Below are positions 19,345 to 27,082 of a stretch of 39,981 nucleotides of DNA, one piece after another. Below the pieces are notes generated by a model that had not been told where the DNA came from, did no database searches, and saw only the letters and a program-made list of their open reading frames with translations. Position 1 is the stretch's first letter. Each line of letters starts with the position of its first letter. A program made the position numbers and the translations under genes. The DNA comes from Candidatus Hydrogenedentota bacterium (GTDB taxonomy: Bacteria; Hydrogenedentota; Hydrogenedentia; Hydrogenedentales; GCA-2746185), in the NCBI GenBank assembly GCA_046583315.1, contig JAYGCN010000121.1, positions 1 to 39,981 on the forward strand. Reading direction: 5' to 3'.

Positions 19345-20391
19345 CTATACCTGATCGTTGCTCAACAGTTTTTCGTCGAAGGCGAAGTCACTGAGTGCCA
19401 AATCTTTCTCGAAATCCAACACTTTGTCGATCAAGCCGTCCACCCACGCTTGCTCCTCGGGTAGCATGTGCGCATTCGTGGCATTCATCCACTCAATCGT
19501 CTTCAAAATGCCGTCGTGCAGACTGGTCTTGGGAGTCCACGCGGGCACGTGCTTGCGAAACAATCCGCTGTCGAAGACCATGGAGTATTGATATATTTCT
19601 TCGAGTAGAATGGAGGTGTCCGGCGGTGAACCCGCGACAATCAGGTTGCTCGGCATCGGGACCAGATTCACTTCTTTGTTGACGCAGGCTCCGATGGTTT
19701 CCAGGTACACGCGCCAATCGATGTGGTCTTCTGGTCCAACGTTGTAGACCTGCCCGACACATTCTGTGATCCCGATGGCATCCGCGAAAGCCTGAGCGAT
19801 GTCGTCAGCATAGATCAGATCGAAGCCGCTGAATCCGTCGCCCGGCACGATGATTGGTTTATCCGTCCGAATGCGTGATACGAGACAGGCGTCGTAGCCC
19901 CAGACGCTCGGCAATGCCTGACCGGGACCGTAGACGTGCGCGGGCCTCAGAATAGTCACCGGGAATCCGTCTTTTTCGAGGGCGGCCATGAACACCCCTT
20001 CGGCTTCACTCTTGCCCTTCCCGTATTGTCCGGTCGCGGCGTGTGCGGTAGATTCATCGGCGGGTATCGAGAGCAGTCGACCGTAGAGGGCCGTGGCGCT
20101 ACAAAATAAGTACTGTTTCACGCCAATCTCGCTGAACACCTTGGCGGCGTTTTCGGCGGTATGGGAATCAAAGGTGAGAAAGTCGACGACAACTTCGGGT
20201 GCGATCTCTTTGGCGGCGATTTCGAAGTTTTCAAAGTCGTTGCGATCGCCGTGCACGACTTCGACTTCCTGTCCGTGGCGCACGGTGGTCTGCCCACGAT
20301 TGAACAGCACGACATCGTGGCCCGCGCGACACAACGCGTCCACCAGCGGTGTACCAATTAGACCCGTTCCCCCTAACACCAACACGCGCAT
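19345..20391 (-). CDS. NAD-dependent epimerase/dehydratase family protein (atypical/extended SDR)
   Basis: Rossmann motif MRVLVLGGTGLIG, FNRG, GDRND, YGKGK (YxxxK), TILRPAHVYGPG, PGDG. Start revised to ATG 20391. Confidence 0.9.
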   Translation of the reverse strand: MRVLVLGGTGLIGTPLVDALCRAGHDVVLFNRGQTTVRHGQEVEVVHGDRNDFENFEIAAKEIAPEVVVDFLTFDSHTAENAAKVFSEIGVKQYLFCSATALYGRLLSIPADESTAHAATGQYGKGKSEAEGVFMAALEKDGFPVTILRPAHVYGPGQALPSVWGYDACLVSRIRTDKPIIVPGDGFSGFDLIYADDIAQAFADAIGITECVGQVYNVGPEDHIDWRVYLETIGACVNKEVNLVPMPSNLIVAGSPPDTSILLEEIYQYSMVFDSGLFRKHVPAWTPKTSLHDGILKTIEWMNATNAHMLPEEQAWVDGLIDKVLDFEKDLALSDFAFDEKLLSNDQV

Positions 20392-20508
20392 AACGATTGA
20401 AATCCTTACAAGAAAAGTAGCTGACAAGAAAGGGGATTATAACACATTGGGTAGATTGAATTTGACTGGCAGATTTCTATGCTAAACGATTGCTCTTCTA
20501 TAAAACCG

Positions 20509-20540
20509 TTGACGCTCGTATCAATCCAGCTTACTATAAT
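20509..20540 (+). promoter_or_regulatory. Putative sigma70 promoter of the Ig-like protein gene
   Basis: TTGACG (20509-20514), then 17 nt, then TACTAT (20532-20537) overlapping TATAAT (20535-20540). Confidence 0.55.
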
Positions 20541-20575
20541 ATCGAAACTACACCATTACCACACAGGAGAAGACC

Positions 20576-20992
20576 ATGAACAGAAAACGTTTCAGCTGTA
20601 TCTTTCTTGTTGTCGCTATCGTTGCGTGCACGGCTTACGCGCAGCAGAATGCACCTACGGTGGCCACGATGCCGCCGGTAGTGGTCAAGACGGTGCCGCA
20701 ATCGGGGGATACGGAAGTCGATCCGAGATTAACCGAAATTCGTGTGACGTTCAGCAAGGACATGACGGACGGAAGCTGGTCGTGGAGCACGATGTCGCAG
20801 GGCACGTTTCCTGAAATAGTTGGCAAGCCGAAGTATCTGGACGACAAACGCACTTGTGTGCTGACGGTCAAACTGGAAGCCGGAAAAACCTACGGCACCT
20901 GGCTAAACTCCGGGAAATTCGGAAACTTCAAAGACGCTTCGAAAAATTCCGCTGTGCCTTATCTGTTGATTTTTGAAACGAAAGCGGAGTAA
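20576..20992 (+). CDS. Secreted single Ig-like (SbsA/Big_5-type) domain protein
   Basis: AGGAG SD; signal peptide ending AYA; motifs PPVVVKTVPQSGDTEVDP, IRVTFSKDM, LEAGKTY, LIFET. Confidence 0.8.
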   Translation: MNRKRFSCIFLVVAIVACTAYAQQNAPTVATMPPVVVKTVPQSGDTEVDPRLTEIRVTFSKDMTDGSWSWSTMSQGTFPEIVGKPKYLDDKRTCVLTVKLEAGKTYGTWLNSGKFGNFKDASKNSAVPYLLIFETKAE

Positions 20993-21015
20993 GCGTATAC
21001 TTCGTAACTACCCAC

Positions 21016-22098
21016 TCAGCGCTTCACAAGTTCGAAGTTTTTCTTGTGGAGTGCTACGCCGTTCACGATAATCGAGACAGCGAGGGCTCCAGGGTAGTAG
21101 GTACGTGTCGAGATGAGTTTGAAGGAGTGGGATTGGGTGATTACTTTTTCGGAGTCGGCTATGTCGGACTCGGATATTTTGAAAACTTTGCGGGAGTGTT
21201 CGCCGTTTTTGCGCAGGAAGTGCATGGCGTATTCGATGCGGATTTTTCCGAGGGCGCCTTTGGGCACGCTGAGCGTGAAGCCGAATTCGAGGCGGTCGCC
21301 GATCACGACTGATTTTTGTACCTTGAAGTTGCTGAGGATTACTTTCTTCGGTGGAGCGTAGCCGAAAAGTTTCATGACGCGCGGCTCGCCTTGTTTAAGC
21401 ATCGTGCGGCAGGCGTGTTTGACGATTCGGTCGGTGTCCGGATGTTCGCCGTGCCAGCGTCTGGCCGTCTTGAGTACTATCTCCGGATTGTCCTTCGAGA
21501 TGTCGTTGAGGTTGTTCGCCACACTTCGGCGCACGTACTCGCTGTCATCCTGCTTGAGCGTTTCGAGGATTGGCAGAATCGGCGTGGGGTCTTTCTTGAA
21601 GTCCGGCAGCGCCATCGCCCAGGGTAATCGCGGACGACACCCCTCCGTGGCCAATCGCCGCACATGACGGTCGTCCGACTCCGCCCACTCCCCCATCTGC
21701 TCCATCATATGGTCACCGTGTCGCACGATAAAGGGTCGCACCGCGAATTCGGAGCTGGAAAACTTCGTGAGATGTTCGAGCGCATCGACGGAGGTCTCAA
21801 AATCCTCCAAGCCGTATAGCTCGACATACTCCGGAAAAGACATCGCCTCGAATCCGCCAAACTTCGGCGCGACGGCTTTGATAATCTCGATTGCCTTACC
21901 AAACTCACCCGGTAAATGGGTACGAAGCGACTCCGTGATACGCCGCATACGGCCTTTTAACTCAAGAGCTTTCCAGCCTTTGGCGAAGACGAAGGCTTGG
22001 AAGCCCCGCGCATCAAATTTTGGATGTGCAGAGGCCAATTCGTCGCCGTAGCCAGCGATAAGCTTTCTCGTATATAGATTTTTTAACGGTTCGGGCAT
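21016..22098 (-). CDS. alkC: DNA alkylation repair protein (AlkC-type HEAT-like-repeat 3-methyladenine glycosylase)
   Basis: Motifs LELKGRM, SSEFAVRPFI, HVRRLATEGCRPRLPWA, YVRRSVANNLNDISKD, and a C-terminal Ig-like segment (RKVFKI, TRTYYPG). Confidence 0.88.
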   Translation of the reverse strand: MPEPLKNLYTRKLIAGYGDELASAHPKFDARGFQAFVFAKGWKALELKGRMRRITESLRTHLPGEFGKAIEIIKAVAPKFGGFEAMSFPEYVELYGLEDFETSVDALEHLTKFSSSEFAVRPFIVRHGDHMMEQMGEWAESDDRHVRRLATEGCRPRLPWAMALPDFKKDPTPILPILETLKQDDSEYVRRSVANNLNDISKDNPEIVLKTARRWHGEHPDTDRIVKHACRTMLKQGEPRVMKLFGYAPPKKVILSNFKVQKSVVIGDRLEFGFTLSVPKGALGKIRIEYAMHFLRKNGEHSRKVFKISESDIADSEKVITQSHSFKLISTRTYYPGALAVSIIVNGVALHKKNFELVKR

Positions 22099-22121
22099 AC
22101 TCTTGTTCGATGATCAAATGG

Positions 22122-22442
22122 CTAATCTTCTGTCGAACTTTTCTCTTGCTTGACGAGATTGATTCCAAGAATTCTAAACGCAAAATATGTTGCTAGCTCA
22201 CCAACTAGGGCTATTACGGCCACAACGACCATTGTCTGAATGTAGGGCCAATCTAAAAAGCAAACCATAATTGCAATGATGAGAAAGACAATTACGACAA
22301 TCAGTAAAATGGCATTCGTGTGTTTTTCCAGTTGAAGCATCTCATCACATTGGGGGCACTTTAGCCTACTTGGAAATGATGTTTTCGCAAAGGTCCAAAA
22401 AGTCATTTTGCATTCGCAACTCGGAGATGTTAAGTCTTTCAC
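22122..22442 (-). CDS. Small zinc-ribbon-like + 2 TM membrane protein (cxxc_20_cxxc-like)
   Basis: GGGAG SD before GTG 22442; SPSC-x19-CPQC followed by two hydrophobic helices; markedly AT-rich. Confidence 0.6.
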   Translation of the reverse strand: MKDLTSPSCECKMTFWTFAKTSFPSRLKCPQCDEMLQLEKHTNAILLIVVIVFLIIAIMVCFLDWPYIQTMVVVAVIALVGELATYFAFRILGINLVKQEKSSTED

Positions 22443-22523
22443 GGTAAACTCCCGGTTGCTATCTCTCACTCGCCTGAATGATTTCAGACGCGCCGTGGGT
22501 GGTTCGATGTGCTGGGCAAATCC

Positions 22524-23678
22524 CTACGAATACGCGGCGATGTCGGTCATGGTTTGGGCTACGATTAGACTGTGAATGTGTTCGGTGCCTTCGTAGGTGA
22601 TGACGGTTTCGAGATCGCACATGCGGCGGCCGACGTGGTATTCGTTGGAGATGCCGTTGGCGCCCATGAGTTCGCGGCAGGTGCGTGCGACTTCGAGGGC
22701 TTTGCGGCAATTGTTCATTTTAGCCATGGATACCATGTGGGGTTTGATGCGTCCGGAGACTTTGAGTTCGCCGAGTCGTTTGGCCATGCATTCCATGGAG
22801 GTGATTTCGGTGGCCATCCAGGCGAACTTGTTCTGGATGAGCTGGTGACTGGCGAGTGGTTTGCCATCGAATTGAGGACGATTCATCAGGTAGTCGAGGC
22901 ATTCTTCGAGGCAGCCACGGGCTGCTCCTATTACACCCCAGGCGATGCCATAACGTGCGTTATTCAAGGTACGAATGGCTGCGCCGAGGGAGGTTGCTTT
23001 GGGCATGAGCGCTGATTTCGGTACTTCGACATCTTTCATGAAGAACATGCCGGTGTCGCTGGTGCGGAAGCTCCATTTTTCTTTGATGGCTTGTTTATCG
23101 AAGCCGGGTGTGTCGGTGGGTACGAGGAAGCCTTTGACCACCCCGTCGAGTTTGGCCCAGACAATCGCGACGTGCGCGCGGGTGCCGCTGGTGATCCAGC
23201 ATTTGGATCCGTTGAGGACGTAGCCATTGTCTGTTTCGACGGCGTTGGTCAACATGCCCTGCGGATTCGAGCCGAAGTCCGGTTCAGTAAGTCCAAAGCA
23301 TCCGACGGCTTCCATGGTGCCCAATTTCGGCAACCATTCGGCTTTCTGTTCTTCGGAGGCGTTATCGCGGATGCACCCGATGACCAATGAGGCCTGTACA
23401 CTGACCACGCTGCGCAGTGCGGAACTCCCTCGTTCCATTTCGCGACTGATGAGGCCGTAAGTGATAGGGTCCAGTTCTCCAACGGCTTGAAGTTCAAGGA
23501 TGCCGAGTTTTCCGATTTTTTCGTAAATGCCCTCGGGCAGGACCTCATCGTTATGGCATTTGCCGATGGTGGGCAGGATTTCTTTGTCAACGAAATTGCG
23601 GCAGGTGGTGATGATGGCATTTTGTTCTTCGGTCCAATCATCGTCCAGTTCAAAAAAATCTTGGGTTACGCGTTCCAT
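22524..23678 (-). CDS. Acyl-CoA dehydrogenase, glutaryl-CoA dehydrogenase-like
   Basis: Motifs YGLISREMERGSSALRS..SVQ, GCFGLTEPDFGSNP, LNGSKCWIT, LNNARYGIAWG, GANGISNEY, ITYEGT. Confidence 0.88.
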   Translation of the reverse strand: MERVTQDFFELDDDWTEEQNAIITTCRNFVDKEILPTIGKCHNDEVLPEGIYEKIGKLGILELQAVGELDPITYGLISREMERGSSALRSVVSVQASLVIGCIRDNASEEQKAEWLPKLGTMEAVGCFGLTEPDFGSNPQGMLTNAVETDNGYVLNGSKCWITSGTRAHVAIVWAKLDGVVKGFLVPTDTPGFDKQAIKEKWSFRTSDTGMFFMKDVEVPKSALMPKATSLGAAIRTLNNARYGIAWGVIGAARGCLEECLDYLMNRPQFDGKPLASHQLIQNKFAWMATEITSMECMAKRLGELKVSGRIKPHMVSMAKMNNCRKALEVARTCRELMGANGISNEYHVGRRMCDLETVITYEGTEHIHSLIVAQTMTDIAAYS

Positions 23679-23736
23679 TGGAAAATCCTCGGCCGTGTTA
23701 GAAGTTTAAGGCCTTAATTATAGCAAAGAAGTTCGT

Positions 23737-23809
23737 CCGATACGAAACACATATCGGGTTTTCTCTTTGCTTCTTTCTCTTTTCACCCGAAAAGAGAAAG
23801 AAGGGCGGT
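23737..23809 (-). repeat. Dispersed two-hairpin repeat, copy C
   Basis: On the minus strand, 10 nt after the stop of the purH-like gene: ACCGCC, CTTCTTTCTCTTTTC-GGGT-GAAAAGAGAAAGAAG, CAAAGAGAAAAC, then CCGATA-N9-TATCGG. Confidence 0.78.
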
Positions 23810-23819
23810 AAAGTTGTTC

Positions 23820-24929
23820 TTAGTGGTGGGAGAAACAGCGTTCCAGTGCGAATACCATGGCTGTGCCTGATTCATTGCACGATTCGAGGGCGTCGTAGTC
23901 GTTCATCGAGCCGCCGGGTTGTACGATGGCCGAAATCCCCTGCGAGGTGGCCGCTTCGACGGCATCGCGGAAGGGGAAAAATCCGTCCGAGGACATGACA
24001 GCGCCTTTCATCGTTTCATTGCCGGTATATTTTTCTTTGGCTTTGAACATGGCCTGCGACACCGCGCCGACGCGGTCCTGTTCACCCGTACCTACCGCGA
24101 GGGTCTGTCCGTTTTTCGCGATAACTACACCGTTGGAGCGCACGTGGATGTTTACGTACCAGGCGAACAGTAAATCGTCGAGTTCCTGGGCGGTAGGTTT
24201 ACGTTCGCAGGTGATGTTGCCTTTTTTCGCGTGTTCGTTTGTGGCTAGTTCGAGATCATCGACGCTTTTTACGCGGGACAAATACGGGACGGCGACCACG
24301 ATCGAACCATCATCGAACATTTTGATCTCGCGCACGTCGGTACCGTCTTCGAGGAACCTTGGAAGCGTGCCGAGATCGGGCAGCTTGACGATGCGAATGG
24401 CTTTATTCTTCTTGTGACGATCATGGTCGTTGAAGGACGCGAGGGCTTCTTCGGTGAATCCGGGAGCGGCGACGCCTTCAACGATGGTGCCCATGATGGC
24501 GTCGGCGGTTTCGAGATCAACTTCACGATTGAAAGCGACGATGGATCCGAAGGCCGCCTGGGCATCGGCATCACGCGCGCGTTCGTAGACCGTTTTCAAT
24601 GACATCTCGCCAGTCTCAACGGCTACGCCGGAAGGATTACAATGTTTCATGACGGCACAGGCGGAACGGGGCATGAATTTCAGGATGCCGACCGCGTGAT
24701 GGATGTCTTCGAGGTTGGTTTGTGATAAGCCACCCTTACCGGACTTGAGAATTTTGTAGGCACCCAATACACAGTCGCCATCCAGAGGACGATAAAATGC
24801 GGCAGGCTGGTGCGGGTTGGTTCCGTAGCGCAGGTCTTCTACCTTTTCGTATTTACGTCCGAGAACTTCGACATTCTCGGGAAAGTCGCCTACGTTTTGT
24901 GTTCGGTACATTGCTTTTAGATCAGCCAT
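23820..24929 (-). CDS. purH: AICAR transformylase domain of PurH, lacking the N-terminal IMP cyclohydrolase domain
   Basis: Motifs LRYGTNPHQPAAFY, VMKHCNPSGVA, AFGSIVAFNREVD, RSNGVV, GEQDRV, SDGFFPFRD, QPGGS, RCFSH; only 369 aa; GGAG SD. Confidence 0.9.
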   Translation of the reverse strand: MADLKAMYRTQNVGDFPENVEVLGRKYEKVEDLRYGTNPHQPAAFYRPLDGDCVLGAYKILKSGKGGLSQTNLEDIHHAVGILKFMPRSACAVMKHCNPSGVAVETGEMSLKTVYERARDADAQAAFGSIVAFNREVDLETADAIMGTIVEGVAAPGFTEEALASFNDHDRHKKNKAIRIVKLPDLGTLPRFLEDGTDVREIKMFDDGSIVVAVPYLSRVKSVDDLELATNEHAKKGNITCERKPTAQELDDLLFAWYVNIHVRSNGVVIAKNGQTLAVGTGEQDRVGAVSQAMFKAKEKYTGNETMKGAVMSSDGFFPFRDAVEAATSQGISAIVQPGGSMNDYDALESCNESGTAMVFALERCFSHH

Positions 24930-25053
24930 GAGTTATCTCCAAAAAATTGAATCGGTCCTGTCGGACGGTAAAGAAAGATCGATGTTTCGTGAGTACAGCC
25001 CCCGAATTCGGGAATTGTGCCAGCAACACGGCAGGATTGTCAATGAAACTGGG

Positions 25054-26874
25054 CTATTTCGACCAGCGTTCGATGAATTGTGCGCGTTCGCCGGGTTTCG
25101 ATTCAGCGATTGGACCGTTGTCGCTGCTGTTGTTGCGTTTCCCTGTCGCCTTGTTGAGTGCCGTCGCGAGCGACAGGGTCACATACTGCGATTCTTCGAC
25201 CTCGAATAATTTGATCAGCTGTTTCGTATCTCTGGAATCGGCGACCTGGCCCAAAGAATATGCCGCGCGCCGACGCACTTCACCGGTGATGGTGTCGTCT
25301 GCAAGAAGGCTCATGAAGGTCGTGGCGGCTTTGTTACGATCACCGTGGAACTCGAGAGCGCCGATCAGATGGAAACGTACGTCGGTGTGAGTATTTCTGT
25401 TTTTTAGCAAATTGATAATTTTCTTCTCCGACTTCGACGGCATGGCCCCTTCGAAGGCACGCGCACTATATTTTGATACGATGGCATCCTTCGCGGTCAG
25501 ATAAGGCAGTAGATCATTCGAAATTTTTCCGTTAGAGATCATGCCGATGGCTTTTGCTGCGGCGTGACGTATCGAGGCATCGTTGTGGTCCAACAAACTG
25601 AGTAAATGTTTTGCGGCGGGCGCATAAATCATCGCGCCAAGGTCGTCTATCGCTGAAACGAGATCGGCGCCTTGTAGGGTCCCCAATGCCGCAAGCCTAG
25701 TCGCAGGGATAGATTCGTCTTGCCAGATAATGAAGTAATCGATTTGTTCAATTGCGTTTGCGCGGCGGTTGAACGCGAAGGTACGCCCGATGATTCGATT
25801 CTTCTTGGCTTGATAGACCGTGTAGGTGGGTTTCGCATTCTCTGCACGGTTATCCGTGAGAGCCGTCCACCAGTCAGGAAAATTCGCGTTGATGTCGCCG
25901 CCGTTTACCACATACCACGTGCCGTCGCGATCGTTGCGTTCGTTGTTTCGCAGGGGATAGTGGCGCTCATAGATGTGCGTGTGACCCGCCGCGTTAAGCG
26001 TTACGTTGTGCTTGTCCATGACATCGCGAAAGTCCTTCGCGAAAATTCCGGGTTCCTTGCGATTAAGATTATTGCCGTAATAGCCTGTGCAATATACGGG
26101 AAAATGCTGCGCAACGACGGTGTATTGACTGTCGATGCCTTCCAGATGTTCATCGAGCCATTGGGCCGAGGTGCTCCAGTCTTTGGGACGTCCCGTGGAT
26201 TCGTAGGAGATTAACATGAAATGCGTGTTGCCCCACGTGAAATAAGCGTAGGGTTCTCCGTCGCCAGGAAGTTCGTGGTATTTGGCGAACCAGTCATCTT
26301 CGATATTGCGGGTTAATGACCCTTCATGATTGCCCCGCGCGGTCACGAACCATTTTTCTTTCGTCAGATCCGAAAATCGCGCGAAGTGTTCCGGCCACTG
26401 CTCATACTGATGCCCATCGCGAACCAAATCGCCCATCGTCAGATAGAGGTCCGCATCCCACTGCTCCGCATGTTTGTCCATGCCCGTTTCTTCCCAACGA
26501 TTGTCCCAACGCCGCGAATCGCCGACGACGATAAAGGTCATCTCCTCTTGATCGGATGCAGGAGCGGTTGTAAACGTCGCTTCCTGGGCGTCATCGCCGG
26601 ATTCGATGGTGTAGGTATATTGCGTACCGGGTGTGAGCCCACCGATGCGTAGACGATGTATTTTGGAGGATTCGGCGTCGGTCGTTTCTCCGGTCGAATC
26701 GGCACCTGCGGGGCCGAAACGAACAGTGCCGACCTCGGTCTCGTTGCTTTCCCAAATAAGTGTCGCGCCATTTTGACCTATGTTTTGAATGTGTGGCGGG
26801 ATGTAAAAACCACTCTGCGCTGAGGCGGATGCCGCCACCAGAAATGCCAATGCCAAATTAGCCGAAAGTCTCAT
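25054..26874 (-). CDS. Exported FN3 + calcineurin-like metallophosphoesterase + HEAT-repeat protein
   Basis: Signal peptide MRLSANLALAFLVAASASA (start revised to ATG 26874); PAP-like FN3 segment (GLTPGTQYTY); metal motifs GDSR, GDLV, GNHE, QHFP, GHTHIYER; C-terminal HEAT repeats (IRHAAAKAIG, VRRRAAYSLG). Confidence 0.85.
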   Translation of the reverse strand: MRLSANLALAFLVAASASAQSGFYIPPHIQNIGQNGATLIWESNETEVGTVRFGPAGADSTGETTDAESSKIHRLRIGGLTPGTQYTYTIESGDDAQEATFTTAPASDQEEMTFIVVGDSRRWDNRWEETGMDKHAEQWDADLYLTMGDLVRDGHQYEQWPEHFARFSDLTKEKWFVTARGNHEGSLTRNIEDDWFAKYHELPGDGEPYAYFTWGNTHFMLISYESTGRPKDWSTSAQWLDEHLEGIDSQYTVVAQHFPVYCTGYYGNNLNRKEPGIFAKDFRDVMDKHNVTLNAAGHTHIYERHYPLRNNERNDRDGTWYVVNGGDINANFPDWWTALTDNRAENAKPTYTVYQAKKNRIIGRTFAFNRRANAIEQIDYFIIWQDESIPATRLAALGTLQGADLVSAIDDLGAMIYAPAAKHLLSLLDHNDASIRHAAAKAIGMISNGKISNDLLPYLTAKDAIVSKYSARAFEGAMPSKSEKKIINLLKNRNTHTDVRFHLIGALEFHGDRNKAATTFMSLLADDTITGEVRRRAAYSLGQVADSRDTKQLIKLFEVEESQYVTLSLATALNKATGKRNNSSDNGPIAESKPGERAQFIERWSK

Positions 26875-27082
26875 GATTATGCGTCCTTTTTCCATGGTGA
26901 GCCGTAACGCTAACGAATTCAGGGGTGAATTGTCCATTTTTGGAAATACAACTGTTTCATTTAGTGAATTTTTAATAGTATATTATATTTACGTATCTAG
27001 CTTGTAATTTTATTAGCTATTGACGTATATTATTAAAATATTTATTCGGGTGATTTTTCTCAAGCATATAAGGATGGTCGTT

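Noticed and set aside
8540..23809. Hairpin repeats interpreted as CRISPR repeats or integron attC sites
   Set aside because: They are kilobases apart with no regular spacers, no cas or intI gene is present, and they lack RYYYAAC/GTTRRRY ends.
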